A stretch of 64,000 nucleotides of DNA from Octopus sinensis (lineage: Eukaryota), in contig NC_042998.1 in the NCBI RefSeq assembly GCF_006345805.1, forward strand, positions 125,612,001 through 125,676,000, written 5' to 3'. The position numbers and the translations under genes are program-made. Below, in pieces: positions 42,000-53,900 of this stretch. The notes beneath the pieces are model-generated. The model saw nothing but the letters and a program-made list of their open reading frames with translations. It was not told the origin of the DNA and did no database searches. The first letter of the stretch is position 1, and each line of letters starts with the position of its first letter.

Positions 42000-43600
42000 G
42001 TAAAGGGATGCTGTCAGTATGGTGAGGGTTGGCAACAGGTACAGTGAAAAATTCCAGGTAGGGGTCTACCAAGTTATCAGTCCCCAGCCCCCTCTTATTC
42101 ATCATAATCCTCCAGGCAATAACAAAGGAATTCATGACAGGATGCCACTGGGAGCTTCTCTATGCTGATGACCTTGCTCTAATAGCTGAGTCACTATCAG
42201 ATCTAAAGAAGTTTCAAGTGTGGAAGTAAGGTCTAGAATCATAGAGCCTTTGAGTTAACCTAGCTAAAACCAAAGACTTAATAAGTAGGAAGGCAAACCA
42301 TGAATCCCTTCAGGTAGATAGCCCTACTCGAGCTGTAAAAAAGGTGTGGGTAGAAACTTCATAAAATGTACCCAGTATAAGCTATGGATACATAAGAGGT
42401 ACAGCAATATCAAAGAAAGGCTAAATGGGAAGATAGTTTTTGTGTGTGGCAAATGCTCAGGAGCAATAAACACTGAAAATGTGCAGAAAACAGCTTCTGT
42501 CACATTCCAGGAGAAAAAACTACAAGTAGTTGATAACTTCCATTACCTAGGTGACCAAGTCAGTAGCAGGGGTAGATGCTCTGAAAGTGTAGCTGCTAGA
42601 ATAAAAATAGCCTAGGCAAAGTTCAGAGAGCTCCTACCTCTGCTAGAGACAAAGGGCCTCTCACTCAGAGTAAAAGGTAGACTGTATGACATGTGTGTGA
42701 ACAACCATGCTATATGGCAGTGAAACATGGGCCATGACTGCTGAGGACATGTGTAAGCTTGCAAAGAATGAAGCCATTATGCTCTGCTAGATGTGTAATG
42801 TCAGTATCCATACACAACAGAGTGTAAGCGCCCTGAGAGAAAAGTTGAACTTAAGAAGCATCAGATGTAGTGTGCACGAGAGATGACTGCGCTGGTATGG
42901 TCATGTGTTGTGAATGGATGAGGACAGCTGTGTGAAAAAGTATCACACCCTAGCAGTAGAGGGAGCCTGTGGAAAAAGTAGACCTAGGAAGACCTGGGAT
43001 GAGGTGGTGAAGCACAACCTTCAAACATTGGGCCTCAATGAGGCAATGACAAGTAATTGAGACCTTTGGAGATGTGCTATTAGGCAATAAACTGTGTTTG
43101 CAAAGACCTGTTGAGGCAAGTGAAATCGTTGTCGTGGCCGATGACAGTACCAACAGTGGCATATTAAAAGCACCATTCGAGCGTGATCATTGCCAGTGCC
43201 ACCTGACTGGCTCCAATGCCTGTGGTATGTAATAAAGCACCATTTGAGTGTGATTGTTGTCAGTGTTGCCTGGCTGGCTCCTGTGCTGGTGGCAAGTAAA
43301 AAAACACCATGAGTGTAGTTGTTGCCAGTGCCTCTTGACTGGCTCCTGTACCAGTGGCATGTAAAAAGCACCATTTGAGCATGGTCGATGCCAGTACTGC
43401 CTGAATGGCCCTCGTGTCGGTGGCATGTAAAAAGCACCCACTACACTCTTGGAGTGGTTGGCATTTGGAAGGGCATCCAGCTGTAGAAACATTGCCAGAT
43501 CACATTGGATCCTGGTGCAGCCTTCTGGCTCACCAGCACTTAGTCAAACCGTCAAACCCATGCCAGCATGGTTAAATGACGATGATGACGATGATAATAT
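42000..43600 (+). mobile_element. RTE LINE: RT core to 3' UTR, pseudogenised
   Basis: LLYADDLALIAES; ORF 42346..42615 with a Cys/His cluster and FHYLGDQVS; tandem gtgcc/aaagcacc 3' UTR repeats; (GAT)n tail at ~43580. Confidence 0.9.
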
Positions 43601-43644
43601 TAAAGTTTCTGGTGTATTCAGCGTAGGTATATCCTTGCTGTTTG

Positions 43645-43860
43645 TTAACTTTTTAGCATTTAAACTGCCATATCCAGCCCAAATATTCTACCTGTTTTAT
43701 GTCCAAGTGACCAGATCTGACCTCTGATGCCTACCCTACAATGTCATTCTCACAATACCTAATCATATCATCAAGATCTTAAAGCTATGAGATTAATTCA
43801 AAACAATGTGAACAAATAAGCATTACATTTGACAGAGTAATGTGAATGCTAAAGAATTAA
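43645..43860 (-). mobile_element. piggyBac-type MITE
   Basis: Reverse copy of the 16331 family, TTAA at both ends. Confidence 0.75.
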
Positions 43861-44714
43861 ACTACAATATTTTAATCCTACTTCAGCATATTGAGAACTA
43901 TCTATTACACCCAATGATGTATTGATGTACACACACATTCACATAGTCAGATGGAAATAAAGACTTTCTTCTTTTCTTACATACATACATAATTATATGA
44001 GATGTCTACATGGAAATGAAAATACTATAAATAGGTATTTAGTGTAATATTTAAAGAAACAAGAGTTAAAATGAGACAGGAAACAAAGATTATAAAATGA
44101 TGTAAGGAGCAATAAACAAAATAAAACAGAGTGAGAAAAAAAATAGGGTCAAACAGCTATAAATTGGTTTGAATGTAGGTTAATAAGACAATAATTGTTG
44201 TTTTTATTTGCCTTAATCTAAAATGAAAATACATGTAGCTGCCAAACTAAATTTCAATGGAATACATAAAATATGCTTTTTGGTATTTTAACTGGTAAAG
44301 TAGTACTAAATTGGAGGCTTTTATAGTATTTAGCACAATGCCTTATATTTTTAGGTTCAAATTCTATTGGATTATCTTTGTTTTTCATTCCACCCAAGTG
44401 GTTGTATAAATAAGTAACACTGATGGTAGTGGTGGTAATAAGAGATTAACAATCTATATATATATATATATAGAAGAACTGGCTTTGCATCACTGAAACA
44501 GATCAACATTAACTTAATGAAATATTGTAGTTTTGGATGCTTTACAGTATATCACATTTGATGGTTCACAATTTAAGTCCTAATTCCTAACGGGGGAAGG
44601 AGGGCCAACAAAGTAAAAATCAGTAATTAGCTAAGGTCAATTTCACCAACAATAATCCCTTATAAAGGGCCCAATGTCTAGTTAAAAAATAAACCCCCAA
44701 ATTCATTACATAAT

Positions 44715-45114
44715 TATTCTTTTACTTGTTCCAGTAATTTGACTGTGGCCATGCTGGGGCACCACCTTGGAGGGTTTTAGTTGAACAAATTGACCCCAAG
44801 ACTTTTTTCATTTTAAGCCTAGTACTTATTCTATCGGTCTCTAAGTTACACTAAGCTACAGGGATGTAAACACACCAACATCAGTTATCAAGCAGTAACG
44901 ATGGGACAAACACAGACACAAAGACACACACACACACATATATATATATATATGACAGGCTTCATTCAGTTTCTGTCTACCAAATCCACTCACAAAGCTT
45001 TGGTCAGCCCAAGCTATAGTAGAAGACACATGCCCAAGGTGCCATGCAGTGGGAGTGGACCTGGAGCTATATGGTTGGCAAGCAAGATTCTTACCATACA
45101 GCCATGCCTGCGCC
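44715..45114 (-). mobile_element. tRNA-derived SINE
   Basis: Reverse complement of the 28520 family. Confidence 0.85.
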
Positions 45115-45373
45115 TGTATATACATACATATATATATATATATAATAGAAATATTAAAATTACTAAGTCTCTCTAAAAGAGAACAGCGGCAGCGTTTCCG
45201 GAAAATAATAGTTATCGCCATACTAATATGGCATTCTTATAAAAATAAGAATAAAGCTGTCCACTTATTAGCTCCATGAGGCCATCGCCTTAAGTTAGCT
45301 ATTTGATACACAAACTGTATCCATATAACCTTCGAACAAGGGAGGTCAGTCGCTCCACACTACTTGACCGGCA

Positions 45374-45415
45374 GCTACAGACGCGTTTCGGGGTATTGCC
45401 CCTTTTCAATGCAGC
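45374..45415 (-). ncRNA. Type I hammerhead ribozyme, U3-A8 core variant (copy 1)
   Basis: GCUGCA-UUGAAAA-GGGG CAAUA CCCC-GAAA-C GC G-UC-UGUAGC: stems I, II and III all pair; predicted cleavage 3' of 45380. Confidence 0.85.
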
Positions 45416-45735
45416 GTAGCCAGCCAGTAGGTGTCGCTTCCGACAATCTCTGTTCGATGGTTTTATTTACCTAGTTTCGGTGGAATACATCCACTTGTTT
45501 TCAATAATAGAAATATTAAAATTACTAAGTCTCTCTAAAAGAGAACAGCGGCAGCGTTTCCGGAAAATAATAGTTATCGCCATACTAATATGGCATTCTT
45601 ATAAAAATAAGAATAAAGCTGTCCACTTATTAGCTCCATGAGGCCATCGCCTTAAGTTAGCTATTTGATACACAAACTGTATCCATATAACCTTCGAACA
45701 AGGGAGGTCACTCACTCCACACTACTTGACCGGCA

Positions 45736-45777
45736 GCTACAGACGCGTTTCGGGGTATTGCCCCTTTTCAATGCAGC
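45736..45777 (-). ncRNA. Type I hammerhead ribozyme, U3-A8 core variant (copy 2)
   Basis: Identical 42-nt motif 362 bp from copy 1; predicted cleavage 3' of 45742. Confidence 0.85.
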
Positions 45778-46061
45778 GTAACCAGCCAGGTGTCGCTTCC
45801 GACAATCTCTGTTCGATGGTTTTATTTACCTAGTTTCGGTGGAATACATCCACTTGTTTTCAATAATAGAAATATTAAAATTACTAAGTCTCTCTAAAAG
45901 AGAACAGTGGCAGCGTTTCCGGAAAATAATAGTTCGAAGGTTATATGGATACAGTTTGTGTATCAAATAGCTAACTTAAGGCGATGGCCTCATGGAGCTA
46001 ATAAGTGGACAGCTTTATTCTTATTTTTATAAGAATGCCATATTAGTATGGCGATAACTAT

Positions 46062-46111
<50 letters not shown>

Positions 46112-47590
46112 GTATAGTTAAAGCAACATAATACACACACATGTATAGATGTATGTATGTGCATAACACACTCAAGTACTGATTTGTATGTACTGCTGCA
46201 TATGTAAGTACATAACTTATCAATTGTTTCCTCAGTCCCACCCAATAAGTAAGGAGAATATTAACAGCTTTTGACTTCCTAATACACTAAACATGGTACC
46301 CGATGACATTTCTGCCTGATCTTACACACTGAATGTCACTCAGCTTATTAGACAGATGCAAAATAACAATTGCAATACTAAATCTATTAATTTTAATATC
46401 ATCTCAAGTTACATCTATGCATTCATTCATCATTGCGCTGGTATTATGATTTTAGAAAAGGAAAACAATCCGAAAATTTGTCAATTCTGGAAGCTTTACC
46501 CCCAACTCATAGGAAACCTCTGTGTGCATAAGGGAGAGGAGGAGGAAAAAAGAAACATTATGGTTACATTCCTACAAAAGATTTAGTAACCATTCTTGAT
46601 TCCTTGTTTCTTTCTTCTTTTTCTAAGGCAAAGAAGTGACTGAACCTTGAAAAAGATCAAAATTAATATAGATGGAGAGAGGATTAGCATCCACTTTGTC
46701 TTTAAAAGAAAAGGGTCAACTTAAAAAATACAAGTGTCACAAACAGGAAGGATTTCTCAGCCACTTAATAGTATAAAACTAACTCCTTAATGCCTTTTAG
46801 GGTATACAAGATATTTAGATATTATTTTACATTCTGGAGTGTTACACTTTCATTATGCTATCAGATCAGTGGCAAAGTTAAAATCTTCTTAGTAGGCGAC
46901 ATTTATGATTTCATATATATATATATATATATGAATGCATAGATGTAACCAAATACACAATGAATACTGTGAAAGTGAACATGCTTGTAAACCATAAGAT
47001 TTATTATCTAATATATATATAATTAGTTCAAATAAATGAGTAAAATTAACATCAACTTTCCAGATGGTCTTATAATCTGCACTAATTTACAAGCAGGAAC
47101 TTCAGATTGACACAGCCACCCAAGTAGTTTAATGATAGCTAGCACAGTACAGTATTAATAAAGTTGTATCAATTATACTAATGTACAAGTACCTGTATTC
47201 CATTTAAATGCTTAAGAAAATTCAATATTTGATTAATTTAGAACATGTTGACTATGGTGGCCACTCCTGGCTCAGAAAAATCAATAATCCAGAAAGGCTT
47301 TGGAACCAAAGATTCCTGAAAATTCCAGGAGCTGTAAGTCAGAGGATGACACCAAGCTTCAATGTCTACTTTGGTATGGCTTCTACAGCTGGATGCCCTT
47401 CCTAATGCCAACTGCTTTACAAAATGTACTGGGTGCATTTTACTTGGCATCAGCACTAGTGAAGTCATCAAGTAACTTGCAAGACAAAGACCCCTAACTG
47501 AGAGGGAGAATGATACTAAGGGAGGAGGCTTTGTGCCAGGTTATGAGGAGTTAAATTATGACTTGCTGTAGAGTAGATATATGGCTACCC

Positions 47591-47632
<42 letters not shown>

Positions 47633-47889
47633 TGGAGATGTGCCAGGGTGAATGAGCAAGTTCACAAGTGCAAAGAAGAATGGGAGGAAGAGGAAGAGAA
47701 AGGGAAGGTAGTGAGTGGTGAACAAAAGTATATAAGGGGAAAGCAGGATAGCAATGATACAGTTGGCAGGAGGAGGACAGGAGAAAAAGATGACAAAGCA
47801 ATGTTTGGCTGCAGGAGCAGGTGGGGAGATGCAAGTGTAGTGCATGAAGTGTAGTTTGATTCACTGGAGTGAGGTGAATTAATATAATG

Positions 47890-49245
47890 TGTAGGTGAAC
47901 ACAATGCACAGCACTTCCAGAACTTAGTTTTGTTGAGGTGAGTAGGTCTTCTCAAGAATCTCTTATTTCTAGTCATCTCCTCCATGATACTCAACATCTT
48001 GAGATCACCTCCATACTTCTTCATTCAATACCTCTTCTACAGATTCCATCCATTTTAAATGATCAGCACTTCTTTATACACCTGTCCTCTTTCATATGCA
48101 TCAAATGTATGCTACATCTGATTCCACATACACCAAACTTTTCTCAACATATTTGCACTTTGCTGTACACAGACACTGATGATGCACATCTATTGGCCAA
48201 TACAAGCTTCATTCCTCTTCAGGCCAGTTTTACTCTACATTCAGAGCCTATGTCTCACTAACATGGAGCATAGCTGTTTGTACACAAGCATCATAGAATT
48301 TTCCCTTCACTCTGTGAAGAAAAGTCTTTTGTTGCCACTAGAGGTAATAATTCTCTGAACTTGCTCCATTCCAGTAACTACACTTTCAGAACATCCTCTT
48401 CTACTTCTAATTTGGTCATCTACAACCTCTAGGGAGCCTCCTGGGCATTTGAGAAAATCTCATTTTCAAATGTCCTTAGTGTCTATTGTTCCTGTGCATC
48501 TGCCATATACAAAGACTTTCTCTGTTAACCTTACTGCACTTTTTATGAGTCCATCACTTATCTGCTTTCTTGTTAACTTTAAGGCCCTTTGAAACTAAGT
48601 TTTGCTTCCATACCTAGTAATCCTTTTTGAATTCTGCTATAAGAGCAAAGTCATCAGCAAATACTAGATCCTAGGGGAAGCCAGTCTTAAATTTCTTTGT
48701 AATATCCTGGAGAACTATGATGAATAAGAGGGAACTGAGAGCCAAACCCTGGTGAACTGCTGCTTGAACACTAAATTCATCACTGTACTCATGGCTGACT
48801 CTCACCCTACAAACAGCACCCCTATACATGGTTTTTATAGCTCTGCTAAGCCATTCATCTACTCTTAACTTAGAGACCATCAGATAATAGAGCAAGGAAC
48901 TCTGTCAAAGGTTTTCTCCACATTGATGAATGCCAAGTATAATAATTTACTTCAAGCTAGATACTTCTCTGCAGCTGTCTGACTATGAAGATGGCGTTCG
49001 TAGTACTCCTCCTTGACACAAAACCAAACTGTATCTTGTCTGGTCTAATTCTGTTTCTAATCATTTAGCTATTACTCTCCCTGCAACTTTCATGGCCTGG
49101 TCTAGCAGTTTGATACTTCTGTAACTGTTCCTATCTAAGGTAGATGAATATATATGAGTGTGTGAGTTCTGATCAAAAAGTATCAAGATTAGTGCTATAA
49201 AAAGAAAACTACAACACATATCAATTTGGTTTTGAATCTCCTTCA
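47890..49245 (-). mobile_element. RTE LINE RT fragment, decayed
   Basis: ORF 49061..49246 SYRSIKLLDQAMKV; ORF 48671..48895 VHQGLALSSLLFIIVLQDI..TGFP, followed by IFADDFALIA. Confidence 0.85.
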
Positions 49246-49332
49246 AAGTAGTCCCAGTGCTACGTAAAATGGCACCTGTATCGGTGCCACATACAATTCA
49301 CCCATGCAGGTGCCACATAAAAGCACCCATGC

Positions 49333-49719
49333 TGGTGTCACGTATAAAGCACCCGTACTGGTGTCACGTATAAAGCACCTGTACTGGTGTCACATATAAA
49401 GCACCTGTACTGGTGTCACATATAAAGCACCTGTACTGGTGTCACATATAAAGCACCTGTACTGGTGTCACATATAAAGCACCCGTGCTGGTGTCACGTA
49501 TAAAGCACCCGTACTGGTGTCACATATAAAGCACCTGTACTGGTGTCACGTATAAAGCACCTGTACTGGTGTCACATATAAAGCACCTGTACTGGTGTCA
49601 CATATAAAGCACCTGTACTGGTGTCACATATAAAGCACCTGTACTGGTGTCACATATAAAGCACCTGTACTGGTGTCACGTATAAAGGACCTGTACTGGT
49701 GTCACGTATAAAGGACCTG
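49333..49719 (+). repeat. Minisatellite, 26-bp unit tggtgtcac(a/g)tataaagcacc(t/c)gtac, ~15 copies
   Basis: Direct reading; embedded in an RTE-type 3' tail (49270-49890). Confidence 0.95.
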
Positions 49720-50079
49720 AGCCAATGACATGTATAAAGCATCCAGTGCACTCTGTAAAATGATTGATGTTAGGAAGGGTATCCAGCCAAAACAGACAAT
49801 TGGAGCTTGGTGCAGTTCTCTGGCTAGTCAGCTCCTGTCAGACCATTCAATCTATGCCAGCATGGAAAATGGACATTAAATGATGATGATGTTTCCATTG
49901 ATGGAAGCATTCCTTGAACTCCTTTTTCAGGAGAGTGAGCCTTGTTGCATTCTCTTGGATTTCCTCGACCAAAATGTATTGAGACTATTGCTATGGTAAT
50001 GGAGCTAGAGCACGCAGAGTGAAGCTACTTGGCACAGATTGACCCTGAACTCTGTTGCACATGCACACTACGTCATAAT

Positions 50080-50695
50080 GTTCTTGCCCACTTCCACTGT
50101 TAATAGCAGTGCTTAGAAGATCCCAACCTCTACAGGACTGAAGAAAGCACAAATGAGCTGAAGCAATGTGAAGTTTTCTTCAACTAAAGGCATTGTTCAT
50201 CAATAGTATGTTCTACCTGGTCAGACAGTAAACAAAGAGTACTACAATGAGATGCTGTGGTGTTTGCAAGATGATGTGTCAAAAAAGGACAGAATTGCAT
50301 GCATCTGTTAAGTAGCAACTCCACCATGATAACACACCTGTTCATTCAGTGCAGCTTGTGCAGTAGGTTTTGGCCAAGCACAACATTCCCCAGGTCCAAC
50401 AACCACCATAAACCCCAGATTTCAGCTTGTGATGTTTTCCTCTTTCCAAAAATCAAATTCCCCTTGAAAGGAATGAGATTTCAAAGACATCAAAGAAATC
50501 CAAAAGATTGTGATGAGGCAGCTGCTTGCTATTCCCAAAAAAGAGTTCCAGGAATGCCTCCTTCACTAAAAAATGATGCTGGAGAGTGTGTGACTTCAGA
50601 AGGGGACTACTTTGAAGGAGATTAAGTGTCGGATTGATGTATGTTGGGATTTTCTTTTCAAACACCAGTCCTAATATGTTTTAATCAAACCTCAT
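50080..50695 (+). mobile_element. Mariner transposase C-terminal fragment
   Basis: PGQTVNKEYY, LHHDNTPVH, CDVFLFPKIKFPLKG.RF and CVTSEGDYFEGD. Confidence 0.9.
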
Positions 50696-50919
50696 ATTAT
50701 TGTTGTTGATGTCACAAGAATCAATAGACTTTCGAGAAAATACAAAATAATTCTTTTTTTAGAATTAGTTCTCGAATCACATAAATGCTATAAATAATAG
50801 CATGTAGATATTGGGTTGCAAAAACCCTTTTTGGATAGTAAAAGTCAAAGACTGTTCACAAGACTCATACATTAAACTGTATGTACTCAATACTTTTTCT
50901 AGAGTACATAATATATGTA

Positions 50920-51185
50920 TTTGGGAATAGCAAGCAGCTGCCTAATCACAATCTCTTGGATTTCTTTGATGTCTTTGAAATCTTATTCCTTTCAAGGGGA
51001 ATTTGATTTTTGGAAAGAGGAAAACATCACAAGCTGAAATCTGGGGATTATGGTGATTGTAGGACCTGGGGAATGTTGTGCTTGGCCAAAACCCACTGCA
51101 CAAGCTGCAATGAACGGGCAGGAGTGTTATCATGGTGGAGTTGCTACTTACCAGATGCATGCAATTCTGTCCTTTTTTAACACAT
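50920..51185 (-). mobile_element. Inverted duplicate of mariner segment 50274-50539
   Basis: ORFs 50299+ and 50942- give near-identical peptides. Confidence 0.9.
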
Positions 51186-51200
51186 TACCAGAAGAGTGGT

Positions 51201-51246
51201 GACAGTAACTTCAAAGTTTTGGCCAGCTAACCTTCATCAGACTGTC
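51201..51246 (-). ncRNA. Type I hammerhead ribozyme with a single core lesion (G12A)
   Basis: GACAGU-CUGAUGA-A-GGUU AGCU GGCC-AAAA-CUU UG AAG-UU-ACUGUC: perfect 6-bp stem I and 4-bp stem III. Confidence 0.7.
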
Positions 51247-53639
51247 TGATGGGTGTTCTTCCAAAACCTAGACTCTGAAGGAAGACAATGGTACCATAGC
51301 TACCGATGAACTTAGGTCACTGATGATAGAATGGAATATGTGGCACATCTGTGATCATGCCCAACAAAAGTGAAAATTATTGTGAACTGTTGATGATGAT
51401 ATAAAATTCTAATGGACCATTAAAGATCAGTACTTAACTCTGACTTCATTGTTTTGTAAATGAATATCCTCCTGGATAGGATGTCAGTCTCTTTCATAAC
51501 ATTTCTCGGTTTCTAGTTACTATCCACGACAGCTAGGTGAACTGATATAATCAAAATTAAGAGCATTATCACTGCACAGTTTATTTACAGAATGAAATGC
51601 ATGCAGTAGATTTGCATTTTGAAACTGGTGAACTGAGAGTTCAATAATACTTTATATCTCCAGCTATATTGAATACACCACACTGATGTTTTATATCTTA
51701 CTATGGAACAAAACAAGGTTTTCTGTTTAGAACAAAATACATTACATGTATTTTAGGCTTTCACTATAGTAATCCTTGAAAAACAAAACGCCAAAAGTCT
51801 CCTTGAATTTTAGTGATTATATTCTTTTTTCCATACAGTACTGAGTCAATGAAAGAGCTTCTATATATTTTGCACAACTTAGATGCTACAGAAAAACCTC
51901 CTTAAACAAACTCCTTATTTTAATTCCTTGTGTGCTATTACTTATGTCAAGGTCTGCAGAACCAGAGCTGAGAGATACTCAAAAATAACATTCTTTATAG
52001 TACTCTTCCATAGTTAATTATTGCAGCTTTAAAAAAATGTACTTCCAAAATAGCTTAAAAGAACAACATTATAAACATTGGCATAGTGTTCTGCCCAAAA
52101 TTCATGATTCAGTAACCTACTTCCTTGTCACAAGTGCCATGTTCATGCGAGTTTTTAGATCAAGCATTTCCTCTTCTCATACAGATGTAAAATAACAGAA
52201 TTGTAGTATGATTAGCTTGTGTACATTATGAAATATTACACTTAACGCACACAAAGTATTTTGTTTAATGTCTATAACTCTTGATCTAGATTCTTGCTCA
52301 CTTCTTAATTATATAGTATTCATATAAATTACCTTCAGTTCATTAGCAGTTCTGACTGCTATGTAATTTGCTTGAAAATTAAATAAAAAAAATAATAAAT
52401 CCATACATCAGCAATTCTGCTCCCCGCTCCTCCACTATTGGTTATGACATTTCCTAAGATGTGGAAAAAAGTGTATTGTATTTATTTATCTATACAGGGT
52501 GTGCAACACAAAAACTTCCTATAATTTTATTGCCATACTCTGCTGTTAATGTGAAAATAGTACCTTTATGTAGCTAATGTTTTACTGTTATTAGTTACTG
52601 GCGCACATCATGTGTTTACTTTTGAAAACTTCAAGAATAGAGAATCTGGTTTTTTTTGCAACACTCACAATACCATTAGGAGTATTTAAAAAAAATTAAT
52701 CCTCTCCCATATAAAAGAAGCGTTAGTTAAAGAAATAATTAACCTGGGATTATCAAGCAAGACCAACAAACCAATAGTTTATTCTACATGGTTTTTACTC
52801 ATTACTCCTGCTTAGTGTAAAGTGTTTAATGCATTGGTCATGTGATGATAATTATTTTACAATCCTTTTGTCACACATTTCAGTTATAAAGTGTAGAAAA
52901 TGGAATCTATCAATATTTATCTCACAGCCCTTCAGCTACATAAAATAGCTATACAGTTGATAATTGATGTTATTCAAGCTTAATTACTTTCTGCTAATAT
53001 TTTCCCATAAACTCTTCAAACATCCTATAAAACAACATTTAACACAAATAAACTGGAGCAACAAATCCTTTTGTTAGAAAGATTTGAGGCAATGTTCTTT
53101 TGGGAGTTTTGCTAATATTTCTTCTACCTGGTTATAGTGTCATTTTTGTTTCTATACAAACACTTTTTGAAGAAATAAAGACTTAGTCTTCTTAAAACCA
53201 ATCCTGAACAGTTTGCAGTTTTAGAAGATCAAAGAAGAAAAGAAAACAAATCACATAAAATAAATTGAATTTGAAATGTAGAATGACATTAACTGAAGAA
53301 AAAAAAAACACCTTTAACTTGTAAAATAGAAGTGACATAACTTAGTTCACTGTGTTTAGGACATAGCCTTCAAGAAAGAAAACTGGTTATTGAGAGAGAG
53401 AGAGAGGGGGAAGGGAGTGCATATATGCAATTATATATACATATCCATCTATTAACAGGGTGCAGCAGAAAAGTTTCTCATAGGTCTTTTTGTCACACCT
53501 TGCCTCTAATAAAGTGAGGCAGGTGGTAATGGTATCTTAATACAGCTAATGTTTTAGCATTTTGGGTTTTTTTTTTTTCAAGGTACTACCAGGGTTTGGA
53601 CCAGTGCATACTATGCATTTGCTGGTGAAAGATTTATCA

Positions 53640-53865
53640 AGAGATTCGTACATATTCAACAATTTGAGGATCAGTTGCATGAAGTGATCAGTATTGCAAG
53701 ACTATGTGAGAGAGAACCAAGGTATTTGTGAGAAGTGTATTCAGAATGATGAAGGTATATTCACCGTAGATATGGAAAGCAAGAAAGTGGCATGGAAGTG
53801 CTATTATGGGAGGCTGCTGAATGTGAAGAATACATAGGATAAAGAGGGGTGACCTTATACTGACC

Positions 53866-53900
<35 letters not shown>

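Larger units (their letters stand above)
45144..46067 (-). mobile_element. Hammerhead-containing tandem repeat (retrozyme-like / Penelope pLTR-like): units 45144-45505 and 45506-45864, partial unit 45865-45934, inverted segment 45932-46067
   Basis: 362- and 359-bp units differing by 3 substitutions and a 3-bp indel; (TA)n on both flanks; many intact CpGs; no substantial ORF. Confidence 0.85.

Noticed and set aside
49333-49719. Regular short repeats resembling a CRISPR array
   Set aside because: Units are contiguous with no unique spacers, there are no cas genes, and the context is eukaryotic
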